Assembly: GCA_007119175.1 (NCBI GenBank)
Contig: SKQC01000102.1
Span: forward strand, 1 to 54,767
Direction of reading: 5' to 3'
Length of the DNA stretch: 54,767 bases
Origin: Myxococcales bacterium
GTDB taxonomy: Bacteria > Myxococcota_A > Bradymonadia > Bradymonadales > Bradymonadaceae
The notes beneath the pieces are model-generated. The model did not search any database. It saw only the letters and a list, made by a program, of their open reading frames with translations, and was not told where the DNA came from. Both the position numbers and the translations under genes were made by a program. Shown here one piece after another: positions 39,700 through 51,500 of this stretch (its first letter is position 1; every line of letters begins with the position of its first letter).

Positions 39700-40590
39700 A
39701 TGTCGTCTCGTCTCCACTGGTCATCCATCGTTGTCGCATTGCTCGTCCTGCTCGTTCCTCTGGTCGCCGTCGCCGACGACGCCTACGAGGAGATGATCGA
39801 TCTGAGCAATGAAGCCGCCGACGCCGTCGCCGACGGGCGCTTCGAGATCGGCGCCGTCAAATTCCGACAGGCCTATGAGACGTATCCCGATCCGATCCTC
39901 TTGAACAACGAGATGATCGCCTGGTACCGCGCCGACGACTGCCAAAATGCCCTTCCCCCGGCGCGCCAATTTCTGGAGACTGAAGGGCTGGAACCGGAAG
40001 ACCGGGAGGATGTGGAATCCGTCCAGATTCAATGCCATCTACGCCTTGCTGAAAATGCCCTTGAGGAACAAAATGCCGTCCTCACCTCTTACCATCTGGA
40101 CAGCCTGGAGCCGCTGGACCTCGACGCCGACAGCCAGGCTGAACACGCCGCCCTGAGGGAAGCAATGGAGCAGCGATTCGGGCCGACCGATGAGCCCGCC
40201 ACAACCACAGCAGTGCAGCCAGCCCCGGCGAGCTCCTCACAGACCCGCTCCTGGGCTCAGATCTCCGGCGGCATCGCCGTCACCGGAGTTGGCATCGCCC
40301 TGCACGCCGTGGCCCTGTCACGCCAGTCGGAGCTGCGCTCACTGGCGGACTCCACCAATCCCGCCGATGCCCAGCGTCTGGAGCAACGAAAGGCCGACTG
40401 GGGCGGTTTTCAGAGTACGGCTCGGTGGGCCGTTCCCGCCCTGTACACCGTCGGCGGCGTCGCCATCGGCTCGGGCGTCTTCTTTTTGATGCGCGACCGC
40501 TCCTCTGGTGATGCCCACACAGACTCCGTCGCCGTGAGCCCCGATGTCGGCACCGACCGCGTCGGCCTCTCACTGTCCGGACGCTTCTGA
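39700..40590 (+). CDS. Exported TPR-like helical protein with C-terminal hydrophobic helices
   Basis: ATG 39700 starts a signal peptide; helical repeat (FRQAYETYPDPILLNNE); two Gly-rich hydrophobic helices; ends VGLSLSGRF. Confidence 0.75.
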   Translation: MSSRLHWSSIVVALLVLLVPLVAVADDAYEEMIDLSNEAADAVADGRFEIGAVKFRQAYETYPDPILLNNEMIAWYRADDCQNALPPARQFLETEGLEPEDREDVESVQIQCHLRLAENALEEQNAVLTSYHLDSLEPLDLDADSQAEHAALREAMEQRFGPTDEPATTTAVQPAPASSSQTRSWAQISGGIAVTGVGIALHAVALSRQSELRSLADSTNPADAQRLEQRKADWGGFQSTARWAVPALYTVGGVAIGSGVFFLMRDRSSGDAHTDSVAVSPDVGTDRVGLSLSGRF

Positions 40591-40603
40591 CCCCGCCTTA
40601 TTT

Positions 40604-41890
40604 ATGACCGAATTACAGACCCGCTTTCTCGTCGTCGGCGCCGGCATGACCGGCCTTGCCTTCGCCAATTTCATTGACGACGACAACGTTCTGGTTGTCG
40701 AGCGCGAAGAAGAGATCGGCGGATGGTGTAAAACCATCCACCGCGACGGCTTCGTCTGGGATTACTCAGGGCACTTTTTCCACTTTAAACATCCCGACGT
40801 CGAATCCTATCTGCGCCGACGAATGGATTCCGACGACATCGTCACCGTCGAGAAAAACTCCCTGATTCATATCGACGGCCACCGCGTCGATTTTCCATTT
40901 CAGAAAAATATCCATCAGCTGCCGAAATCGAAATTCATCGATGCCCTCTACGATCTGTATTTTCGAGACGAACAGATCGACACCGCCGACGCTGATTCCT
41001 TTCAGGGAATGCTGTACGAAAAATTCGGGCGCACCATCAGCGAGCTATTTCTTATCCCCTATAATGAAAAGCTCTATGCCTGCAATCTGGAGCGCCTCGA
41101 CAGAGACGCCATGGGCCGGTTTTTCCCCTACGCCAATCTGGAAGAGATCATTCGCAATATGCGCCGCCCCGACAACGCCTCCTACAACTCCACCTTTACC
41201 TATCCGCTGGGCGGGGCCATCTGCTACGTGGAAGCGCTGGCCAGCGAGGTGGACGACGACAGGCTTTTGACCGGCGCCGGGGTGGTCAATATCTCGCCGG
41301 CCGAAAAGATCGCCACCCTGGCCGACGGACGGCGTGTGGCGTACGAGCATCTGATTTCGTCGGCTCCCTTTGACCGTCTTTTAAAGATGAGCGGCGTCGA
41401 CCACGATCCCTCGACTTTTACGTCCAATAAGGTTCTGGTCTTCAATCTGGGATTCGATCGAAAGGGGCCCCGCGGGGTTCACTGGATGTATTTTCCGGAA
41501 CGGGAGGTCTCGTTTTACCGGGCCGGATTTTATGACAATATCATGAATGCAGAGCGGATGAGCCTCTATGTCGAAATCGGGCTTCCCACAGACGCCACCG
41601 TCGACGTCGAAGCGCTGCGCCAACAGGTCCTGAGCGATCTAAAAGCTGTCGGCGTCGTCGATGGCCATCAGCTCGTCGCCGACCACCATGTTGTTTTAGA
41701 TCCGGCCTACGTTCACATCACCGGCGACTCCAAGCGCCAATTTGCGGAGCTGGACGCCACTCTTCGCTGCGCCCAGATCTATTCGATCGGGCGCTACGGC
41801 GGCTGGACCTATTGTTCGATTGAGGACAATATCGTCGAGGCCCGCGAACTGGCACAGCGCTTCAATCGACTCGACCGGTCTGCCGGCTAA
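40604..41890 (+). CDS. FAD-dependent oxidoreductase (protoporphyrinogen oxidase / UDP-galactopyranose-mutase-like fold)
   Basis: VVGAGMTGL, IGGWCKT...GFVWDYSGHFFH, PYNEKLY, FTYPLGG, SIGRYGGWTY. Confidence 0.8.
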   Translation: MTELQTRFLVVGAGMTGLAFANFIDDDNVLVVEREEEIGGWCKTIHRDGFVWDYSGHFFHFKHPDVESYLRRRMDSDDIVTVEKNSLIHIDGHRVDFPFQKNIHQLPKSKFIDALYDLYFRDEQIDTADADSFQGMLYEKFGRTISELFLIPYNEKLYACNLERLDRDAMGRFFPYANLEEIIRNMRRPDNASYNSTFTYPLGGAICYVEALASEVDDDRLLTGAGVVNISPAEKIATLADGRRVAYEHLISSAPFDRLLKMSGVDHDPSTFTSNKVLVFNLGFDRKGPRGVHWMYFPEREVSFYRAGFYDNIMNAERMSLYVEIGLPTDATVDVEALRQQVLSDLKAVGVVDGHQLVADHHVVLDPAYVHITGDSKRQFAELDATLRCAQIYSIGRYGGWTYCSIEDNIVEARELAQRFNRLDRSAG

Positions 41891-41917
41891 AAACCCCCAC
41901 CTTTATCAGATGATATA

Positions 41918-42469
41918 TTACTGGTCGCCGTCGCTCTGTTCCAAGAGCCATCGGGTCTCCTCGACGTTTTGCTCGAGTTCCCAATTCGACTCTTCTGCTT
42001 CCTGATATTCTGCCGGATCTTGAGCGGTCGCCCGGTTATTGCTCAGATAACCAAATAGGATAAAGGCGCCGGCTAATACGAGGACCACGGCGATGACGTG
42101 GCTCCGTCGGACGTCGCCGAAAAATCGGGCTACTCCGGCAATCTCGTCTGCCGTATCGGCCCCGCCCGCCTGTGAAGATCGACCCAATCCGACGCGCTTT
42201 CGCTCCATCGGTGTGGTGTGAGTGCGCTGTCGTCGGCGCCCGGTAAGCCGCTCGTATGATTGGAGCACTTCGTCGACATCGAGGCGAAGTTCCTGAGCGT
42301 AATTGCGAAGATGACCGCGAGCGAAGACGTCGGCCACATATTCTTCAAAGCGATCTTCTTCGAGGTGCTCCAGCATTCCCCGCGGAATCCTGGTCATGGC
42401 CGCCACATCATCCAGCGCCAATCCCCGTTCCTCCCGTGCTTCACGGAGCAATACCCCGGGAGACTTCAT
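41918..42469 (-). CDS. RodZ-like helix-turn-helix membrane protein
   Basis: SPGVLLREAREERGL...TRIP...LEED...FARGHLRNYA; one TM; GAGG RBS. Confidence 0.8.
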   Translation of the reverse strand: MKSPGVLLREAREERGLALDDVAAMTRIPRGMLEHLEEDRFEEYVADVFARGHLRNYAQELRLDVDEVLQSYERLTGRRRQRTHTTPMERKRVGLGRSSQAGGADTADEIAGVARFFGDVRRSHVIAVVLVLAGAFILFGYLSNNRATAQDPAEYQEAEESNWELEQNVEETRWLLEQSDGDQ

Positions 42470-43030
42470 ACTACGTCCTCTCAGTTAACTTCAATTAGTC
42501 CACAATAGAGCCTGACAATCGCCGGTGGGACCATCGAGACCGGAATCTACATATCTACCGGCCAAATCACTGACGAATCGGTGTAACATCACTCCACAAC
42601 GAGCCCTTCATACAGATTGTGAAGCATTTTGCAAGGAGCGGAAAAAAAAGGTTGGTGGTTATCACTGTACACTGCCCGGGTAGTAGTGCGAAGAAAAAGT
42701 TTTCCACACCCGGGGGACCAACCCGAGCCGCGTCGGTGTTTCTGGTGCGACATTTTAAGTGTCCAAGATCGCGATGGGAATCGTCAATTCACGGGGCGTT
42801 ACGCTTTGTACAACGCGCTCGGTTATCCGAATGTCCGCAAGCGTTATATTCGGGCATGCGGGAGCGCGGAAAGCTTGACACCAGCAGGGGCCATTGATAG
42901 CTCTACCAAGTGCTCAAAGGAGGTTTTTCGCCAGTCCGTTCCGCCCGATCCGAGCGGCGTGTGCTGCAGTTTGAAGTTCTATTCCCGGCCACCGCTGTCA
43001 CGGTGGCGACCCTGGGACTGAGGAGTTTGG

Positions 43031-44620
43031 ATGCTGGTGCGTATCATTCCCGTTTTTCTTGCCGTTGCTTCCCTCTTGTCGATCCTGTCTTTCTCGACGG
43101 CCGCTGAGGCCTCCGAGCCCACAGAGGTGCTCGACGGCACAGGCCTGATGGACACGAGCCCGAGCACTTTCAACACTCGTGGTTTTGCCCAGGAGCCCTA
43201 TTTTTACGTCACTCCTGGCTTTCGCTTCGACTACACCACTGCCGAGATCTCACGGGAGGCTCCCTGTGTGGCCAGCGAGAACTCATTTGAGGACGGAGAG
43301 CTGGCCGCCAACAACCCCCGCGTGCAATTCGATGAACAGGGCTGCAGCACCCCTCGCATCGTCAATCGCCGCCAGATGGACTATCGCTCAACGCGGACGA
43401 CCCTGGATATGACCCTTCGCACCGGCGCCCGCGGCATCGAGTTGCGTCTGAACTTTCCTCTGGTCCTTAGTTCCTCCCGGGGACTTCGCTACGCCCAGGC
43501 CCAGCGATCGGCGACGGAAAGCCCGGTCAACGAGAATAACTCCTTTGTCGACCCCTCCGATCAGCGAATTCGAAACCATGGCGAAGATGTATTCAGCGAT
43601 AATACAGACCGGTTTTCCAACGAACTCGACCAATTTCAGATGTATCGCTTTATGGAGCTCAGTAGCGAGTTTTCGCCCTACGATCGCAGCGGATTTGCCG
43701 ATCCAACCGTAGGAGTTCACTGGGCGCCCTGGAGCGATTATGACGACGATACCAAGGCGACGATGCACGTCGGCGTCGACTACACGATGCCCGTGGCCCG
43801 CGCTCAACAAGCTGGAAATACCTCCGTTGGACGCGGGGTCCATGAATTGACCTGGAGTGTCGGGGCCTCCAAAAAATTCGACTGGATCGAACCCTATTTT
43901 GGCGCCCAGTACACGCTTCCTATGGCGCGTTCGAATTCCCTCTTCGGCGAGGTCGATCCTCGCGGGGACTTCGGCCAGGGACAGGTGGTACAGCGCCCGC
44001 CGATGCACGCCTTATTCTCCATCGGCACCGAGCTCATTCCCTATGAAAATCCGGCCCAGGGAGCGCGTTACTCTCTCGATCTGAGCTTTAATTTTGGCTA
44101 CACCAGTGAGGGACGCGATTATTCACCGCTATTCGACCATATGACCGACCCCGGCAATCGCTGTAACGGAATGACCCTCGATGAGGTCCGGCCCCAATTC
44201 GACGGCGACACCTTGACCAACCCGGAGGACGTGGCCTGCGCGTGGGTCGTCCAGCAGCCGTCGAACTCCACTGGAAATGCCGAATATGACCTCAACACCA
44301 CTGCCGGTGATCGCTCATTTGAGTTTACTGATCTGATGACCGTCGACAGCTACGGCACATTCGGCCTTGAATTGGGCGCCAATCTCCAGCCCCACCACCT
44401 CTTTCAATTCCGGGTTAACGGGGGCATTACGCACCACCAAGCCCACCTGCTGACCAATGCCCGTACCGGCTCCACCGGCGGTGAAGGAGCGGTGACCATG
44501 GATGACGGCACGGAGCGCAATCCCACCTACAATCCAGCCTATGACAACTCGGGCGATCGCTTTCGCGTCACCCGCTACAACACCTGGCACGTCGCCGTGG
44601 GCACGGCCCTGCAGTTCTGA
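43031..44620 (+). CDS. Probable outer-membrane beta-barrel protein
   Basis: AGGAG RBS; signal peptide; amphipathic strands (SGFADPTVGVHW, IEPYFGAQY, FSIGTELIP); C-terminal TALQF. Confidence 0.65.
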   Translation: MLVRIIPVFLAVASLLSILSFSTAAEASEPTEVLDGTGLMDTSPSTFNTRGFAQEPYFYVTPGFRFDYTTAEISREAPCVASENSFEDGELAANNPRVQFDEQGCSTPRIVNRRQMDYRSTRTTLDMTLRTGARGIELRLNFPLVLSSSRGLRYAQAQRSATESPVNENNSFVDPSDQRIRNHGEDVFSDNTDRFSNELDQFQMYRFMELSSEFSPYDRSGFADPTVGVHWAPWSDYDDDTKATMHVGVDYTMPVARAQQAGNTSVGRGVHELTWSVGASKKFDWIEPYFGAQYTLPMARSNSLFGEVDPRGDFGQGQVVQRPPMHALFSIGTELIPYENPAQGARYSLDLSFNFGYTSEGRDYSPLFDHMTDPGNRCNGMTLDEVRPQFDGDTLTNPEDVACAWVVQQPSNSTGNAEYDLNTTAGDRSFEFTDLMTVDSYGTFGLELGANLQPHHLFQFRVNGGITHHQAHLLTNARTGSTGGEGAVTMDDGTERNPTYNPAYDNSGDRFRVTRYNTWHVAVGTALQF

Positions 44621-44666
44621 ACCTCCCACAGATTGTGACTCATCGACTGATCTCGCAACAGTGCTG

Positions 44667-45509
44667 CTAATCGACCAATTGGTCGATGCGGTCGTAGATC
44701 TGGGATCGGGGAATATCGAACATCTCATCGACGAAATCCTTGATCGTTCGCCGGCGCACTCCCTGATCGTGCAATAGAACGATGGCGCGATCTGCCTGTT
44801 CCCAACCGTCGTCTTTGTCGGTGTCCGGACGCCCGGCGATACACAGCACGATCTCACCGCGTACAGGCGCCTGCTCTTCCAATTTCTGGCGCACCCTCTC
44901 AGCACTCCCCACCACAAATTCCTCGTGTAGTTTCGTCAGTTCCCGGCCGATACATACCTCGCGCGCCGGCCCACAGACCTCTATCACGTCGTCGAGTGCC
45001 TTTATAATGCGTCGGGGGGACTCATAGGTCACGATCGTTGTATGGAGTCTATCGAGCTCCTCAAGACGATGTCGACGCCGCTCGGGCGAGGTTGGCAAAA
45101 ACCCCTCGAAATAAAAGCGATCCGTGGCCAGCCCGGAGCCACTTAACGCCACCACCGCTGCCGCGGGACCGGGCAGTGCGGTCACCTCCAGATCGCGCTG
45201 TCGACAGGCCCGGACAAGCCGATAGCCGGGATCGGAAATTGTCGGTGTGCCGGCATCGCTGGTCAGCACCACTGTATTGCCGTTTTCGACGGCGTCCGCG
45301 ATCTCATCGGCTCGGTCCCGGGCGGTGTGGTCGTCGTAGCGCCACAATTTCGGGCGGCCATCACTTCGAGCAATCCCCAGCAACTCCAATAATTTCCCGG
45401 CTCGCCGAGTATCCTCACAGGCGATGATATCCGCCGACGTCAGCGCTTCGCGCTGCCGCGGCGTCACATCGTCGAGATTTCCGATCGGCGTCGGACAGAT
45501 CACGAGCAT
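44667..45509 (-). CDS. rsmI: 16S rRNA (cytidine1402-2'-O)-methyltransferase
   Basis: PTPIGNLDD, IACEDTR, SDAGTPTISDPG, FEGFLP, YESPRR, RELTKLHEE. Confidence 0.95.
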   Translation of the reverse strand: MLVICPTPIGNLDDVTPRQREALTSADIIACEDTRRAGKLLELLGIARSDGRPKLWRYDDHTARDRADEIADAVENGNTVVLTSDAGTPTISDPGYRLVRACRQRDLEVTALPGPAAAVVALSGSGLATDRFYFEGFLPTSPERRRHRLEELDRLHTTIVTYESPRRIIKALDDVIEVCGPAREVCIGRELTKLHEEFVVGSAERVRQKLEEQAPVRGEIVLCIAGRPDTDKDDGWEQADRAIVLLHDQGVRRRTIKDFVDEMFDIPRSQIYDRIDQLVD

Positions 45510-45545
45510 ACCCCTTCCTCCGTGCCTTTTAATTTTGATGGGAAA

Positions 45546-48500
45546 TCACTTTCCGATCGCAAGCCCCAGATCCTCGCGGAGCTGAAAGTATTCTTCGCTG
45601 ATCGAGAAGAGCACCATCTCGCGGATCTTATCTTTGACGCTGGCCTTGCTGATCGGCACCAGGTCGGATTTTATGCAGGCCGCCGCGGTATGAATATTAC
45701 CGCTGAGCAGAAGTCCCATGCGTATCGACGTATGTTCCGCTGCTTTTAGCCACTGCGACAGGTTGGGGTTTTCGCCCTTATCCAAAAACTTCTTCATCGC
45801 TTTTTGTGCCTGCACCAACATCGGGCCGGGGATATCGGCAATCTGTTGTTTACACGTCGCCCCCTGCTCGCCCATCTGCTTGGCCAGCCCCAGGCTGGGA
45901 TCGGTCATGTCCATCAGCGCCATAAAATACATCTTCAAAAATTCCGTGGGCTGACCGATCGACCCCATATAGTGCTGCGGCAACATCCAGGTCAGCGATT
46001 TTCCGATGATAAATGCCAGCTCGCGATCGTCTGATTTCTGGTGGACGTCGCCGCCGATGATGACCGTCGGAGGGTCGATATTGGCGTTGCGCATTCCCAG
46101 CGCCTGATCGCCCTTTAGGTAGACCTGAGGAGCGGGCAGCAAATTGGTGGTCTGCGTGACGTATTGGTAGATCTTATTAAATAGCCGCTGCTCCTGAAGA
46201 TCGAGCTTGTCCTTGCGCTTATGAACTCCCCAGTCCTTGATCGATTTCATGGAGTAAAGCGGGCGAAGCCCCTGTCCAAGAACGCTCATGATATAGGTGA
46301 TGAGCACATCCTGATCGGGGTGGTAGAGCTTTTTAAACATCTCCTGGTTAAATTTGCCCTGAGCCGCCGGCAGGCTGGCCCCCAGATATTTTTGAAAGAA
46401 TGTCTCCTCTTGCTCCGAGGCACTCTGTAAAAAGGATAGAGCAGCGGCCATACACCAGGCCCGGTCGTATTCTTTAGTCTCGATATAGCTTTTGAAAAGC
46501 TTTCGATAACTCTCGACTCGGAATCGATCCAATTTGATGAGTTCTCGGTGTTGTTCGATGACACCGCTGACGTTGGTCCCGTCCTTTTCGTACAGCTCCG
46601 CCAGGATAAGCCGCAGCTTCTCGTCATCCTCCTTGAGGCCGACGGCGATCTTATAGGCCTCAATGGCCGTCTCGTAGTCGCCCATCCGCGTGCGATAGAC
46701 TTCGCCCAGGTTCTGCCACAACTGGACTTTGACGTACTCCATTTTCTCGTCGTCGCGCTCGTTGACCCGGTGGAGCATCTTTCGATAGGCCCGCGCCAGT
46801 TCTCGCCAGCTTTTGAGTTTCGTCAAAATCCGGTCGATGGCCTCGAATGCCTTGAGCATATTGGGCGCATCGACATCGAGGGCCTTCTCAAAGAGCTCCA
46901 CGGCCTTCATCGGATCTTCGATCTCGTCGCGGTAGATGACGGCAGCCGTATAGTAATACTTGGCGATCCGGGATTGATTATCCTCCTGCTCGATGATCCG
47001 CATCAGGATCCCGACCGCCTCATGCCACTGTTTGGTCTTGGTATAAAGATCGAGCAATTTGCGCAGCACGACCACGCTATTGGGCTCGATTTCCAGGGCT
47101 TCAATATAGGCAGCCACCGCTTCCGGTGGACGATCGAGTTTATTGGCCAAAAGGTCACCGACGCGAGAGATCGTCGCAAAACGAACCTTCGGATCTTCTT
47201 CGGTCTCCATCAGCCAGCGCGAATAGTCGACGACTTCATCCCACTTTTCCTGGGCTTCGGCGACCTCGATACGCTTGGTGAGCGTTGGCCGGTGATGTTG
47301 TTCGATCTCCAGGGCCCGCTCGAAATAATCGCCGGCCTTGCGCATATCGTTGAGCTGCTGGCGAATCGAGCCCAGCCGATAGTACACATCGACGAGCTGG
47401 GCCATCTCCAGCTTATCCTCGTGGTGCAATTGCAACGACTGCAGCACTTTTGAGGCCTGCTCAAGTTCTCCGCGCTCATGTAATAGGCGACCAAAGCCCT
47501 GCAGAGTGTCGCGGTCGGTGGAGAGCAGCTCGTAGGCTTTTCGGTATTGCTGCAAGGCCTCTTCCGGCTGGGCCAACTCCTCGTTGGCCTGAGCCAGTTG
47601 CAGGTGGCGTCGGTGGCGCTCCTCGTCGTCTACTTCGGCGCTGCGATATTCCTCGAGCGTCATCTCCAGTAGCGGCACGGCGCGCTCGTAGCGCTGCTCG
47701 CGAAAGGAGACCTCGATAAGCGGCAGCGCTGCCGCCGAGAGGCGAGGGTTATTCTCGAGCGCCTCTTCGTAATAGCTGAGGGCATTGACTTCGTCGCCCA
47801 CATTTTCCTCATAGACCTTGCCGATCTCGGCGAGGAGTGCGGCCTTGGCGTCCAGGTCGCGCTCGGCCTCTACTGCTTCTTTCAATACGCGAATCAGGCT
47901 ATCCCAGTGCTGCTGGGTTCCCAGAAGCTCTCGAACCGCCTCCAATACGTCGGGATGGGTCGGCTCGACGCGAAGGGCCGACATATACGCGTCCTCCGCC
48001 GAGGCGTGATCGTGGAGTTGTCCCTCCAAAAGTGCCCCCAGCCGGTGATAAACCTCGGCGCGGTAGCTGTCGTCATCGACCTGCTCCACGAGCCGCTCGT
48101 AGGCGTCGACGGCGCGTTCCCAGTTGCTGGTTTCCTCATGCAGCGCCGCCAGTTCCGCCCAGATACCGGGGCTTACCGGGTCCAGCTCCACGGCCTGCTC
48201 GTAGGCCTCGATGGCCGCATGGGGATCGCCGACTTCATGTTGCTGCAACTGTCCCAACTCGCTGTACAATCCAACTTTCTTGTCCCGGTCATCGACCAAC
48301 TCGATATGGCGTTGGAGAGTATCGACCAGCTCGAACCATCGCTCCAGATCGCGATACAAACGCTCCAGATTTTCAATCGCCGTAGTGCTCCCGGGATCGA
48401 CCATCAATACGTTGTTATAGGCTTCGACGGCCCGATCGAGATCTTCGAAGTGATTCTCGAATACAGAGGCCATCTTTCCGTATAGCTGCACCTGCTCGTC

Positions 48501-51500
48501 GGGCTCGTGGGTCAGCGAGAGCTGCTGCTGATAGATGTCGATCAGTTCGTCCCACTCACCGGACTGGGTGTACAGACGTTCCAGGGCCTGCAAGGACGGA
48601 ATATGTGCCTGATCGACGGTCAGCACATCGCGATAGGCGGCGATTGCCTGGGCCTCGTCTTGTAATTCCTCCTCCCAGATGCTGGCGGCTCGACTCTTGA
48701 TCTCAACGATCAGATCCGGATCGTAGGTCGCCTCTGCTTTTCGGCCCAGGATATCAACCAATTCTTCCCAGTGGCCGAATGCCTCGTAGACCCGCTCCAG
48801 GCTCTCCATGGCCAGAATATCGGTGGGATCGATGACCAGAATCTCTCGGTAAGCGGCAATGGACTGCTCAAGATCAGCCATCTGCATCTCGAAGAGTTCA
48901 CCCAGCGCTCGCCACAACTCGGCCTGCTCTTCCGGATCGGAGGTCAATTCGACGCGTGTCTGCAGAATCTGGGCCAGCTCAGGCCACGACGCCAACTCCC
49001 GATACAGTTCTTCCAGGGTACGGAGCACTTCCTGGTTGTCGGGCTCAATCATGCGGGCCCGCTGTAGGTGATATGCTCCGTCGTCGGGCTGGTCGAGTTC
49101 GTTGGCGTACCACTTGCCGATCTGGGTGTGGAGATCGGCGGCCTCCGGGGTGTCGCCGAGTTCGTCGACCACCGCTTCAAAACGCTCGATGGCCTCCTCC
49201 CAGAGTCCCGTCTCGCGGGTCAACCGCTCCACTTCCCCCATCAGCTCTTCATCGTCCAGGGTGTCGGCATCTACGGCCGACAAAATGACGAGCAGCGAAT
49301 TTTCGGGCTGTCCTAAATGCTCCTCGAAGATACGGGCCGCGTGTCGCAGGTTGTCGACGCGAGCAAAGACATCGTCCACAATCTCGGCGCGATCGAGATA
49401 GAGGCCGGCCAACTCGGCCATCGCCTCTTCGCTTCCCTGCTCCTGATAGATGGTCTCCAGCGAACGGCTGGCGTCCATATTGGTGGGGTCGATCTCGAGA
49501 ATCATCTGCAGATACCGCACAGCCTCATCGGGCTCCATCAGCTTCGTCTGCCACAGATCGGCGACCCGGGTCAGATACATCAGCCGCGTTTCATCATCGA
49601 CGGCTCGATCGGCCTTCATGCCCAGAATATGCGCCGCTTCCTCCCAATGGGCCTCCTGCAGGTATAACTGCTCTAGCTCATCGAGGGCCTGATCGTGTTC
49701 TGGGTTGAGGCTCAGCACATTTTTCCAGGCATCGATCGCCGCTGGCGGATTCATCAGCATCTCGCTTTGAATCTCGCCGAGCTCCTCCCACAGCGAAAGC
49801 TTTCGCTCCTGAGCGACTTCATCGTGGGAGATGAGCCGCTCGATGATCTGAGCCAATTGTTGGTAGTCCGCCTGACGGGTCGTCAACTCCTTGAGTGACT
49901 CCAGCGCCTCAAGATGTACGGGATTGATCTGCAGGGCGGCGTTCCAGGCATCCTGAGCCGCCACCTCATCGTGGAGATAACCGCCGTAGATGGTTCCCAG
50001 CGATTCATATAGGCCGAGCTGCTCGTCGGGTTCGACGGTCAACTCCACTTCCCGGTGCAATACAGCGACCAGGTCCTCCCATCGCTCCTCATCGACATAT
50101 AGCCGCCGCAACTCCCCGAGGGCCTGCCGGTTGTCGGGCTGCAGCTCCGTGACTCTCTGCCACAGATCGACGGCGTCCAATTTGCGCTCCAGCATCTCTT
50201 CGGCGATCCGCGCCATCCGACCGTAATAATCGGCCTGCTCGTCCGGGTCGTGAGTCAATTGAGCCCGCCGCTCCAATACGTCGTACAGCGGCTCCCAGGC
50301 TTCCAGAGCACTATGAATCTGCTCCAAACTCTCCAGTGCCTGTTCATGATCGGGCTGAACGCTCAACATCGTCTCATAGGTCTCGACGGCCCGCTCAAAA
50401 TCGGTCAATTGATCCTGGAAGACCTGGGCGAGTTGGTAGTTGAGTTCCACGACCTCGAATTCATCGTAGGCCCCGTCGATACGTCGCTCCAGGATGCCGG
50501 CCAGGTCTTCCCAGCGCGCCTGATCGGCATAGATACGGTCCAGCGCTTTGAGCGCTTTTTCATGGGTCGGGTCTAACTCCAGTGCCTGCAGATAGGCCAT
50601 CTCTGCATCCTGATAGGACTCCATGCGCTCATCGAGCACGGTGGCCAGGCGTATCCACAATCCGAGGAGAGTATCATCCGTATTGTGTGGACTCTCCAGG
50701 GCGTCGGCATAGATCTCAGCCGCTTTGCCCCAGTCCTGTGTCACCTCGGCGAGGCGCTCGATTTCCGCCAGGACTTGTTCGTCGTCGGGGCGCTCCACCA
50801 ACGCGCCGCCGTAGGCTCCAAGGGCCTCATCGACGTCGTCGAGTTGGTCGAGATAAATACCGGCGACCTGCATTAACAGATCGAAGCGCTGGAAGGGGTC
50901 GTCGATCATCTCCAGGCGGTGAAGATAGATCTCGACGACCTTTTCGTGCTGACCGCGCTCCAAATAAAAGGGCTCGAGAATATCGGCGCACCGCTCCACG
51001 GCGCGTCCTTCCATAAACATCTGCTCTAGATTCTCGATGGCCGTCGGATTTTCCGGCTCCTCCAACAAGACTTCCTGGTAGGTGGCGATTGCCGATTCCG
51101 GCTGCTCGAGCGCCATCTGGTACAATGTCCCCAGGCGAAGCCGAAGCTCCAGCGTCTTCTCCAGATCCTCGCTGTTATAGATCCGGGTCTTGAGAATCTC
51201 GGCAAGCTCCTCCCACTGACCCTCTTGTTGATACAACCGGTCTAAAGCCAGGATCGCCTCTTTGCGTCCCGGTTCCACCTCGAGCACCTTTTGAAAGCGC
51301 TCGATCGCCGGCGGAGCCTGGTGCAATTCCTCTTCGTAAATTCGCGCCACACGCAGGTTCAGCGAGGCCACCACCTCGAAGTCGGTGATATCGTCGAGGC
51401 GCTCGTCGATCTGCTCGATGAGCACTTCCCAGGCGTCGAGTTCGACGGCCAGGCGCTCCAGAGTTTCCAAAATCTCCTGGCGTCCTGGCTCCGTCTCCAA

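Noticed and set aside
42700..42708. DnaA-box-like TTTTCCACA (another at 27449-27457)
   Set aside because: Isolated matches with no cluster or oriC context; expected by chance.
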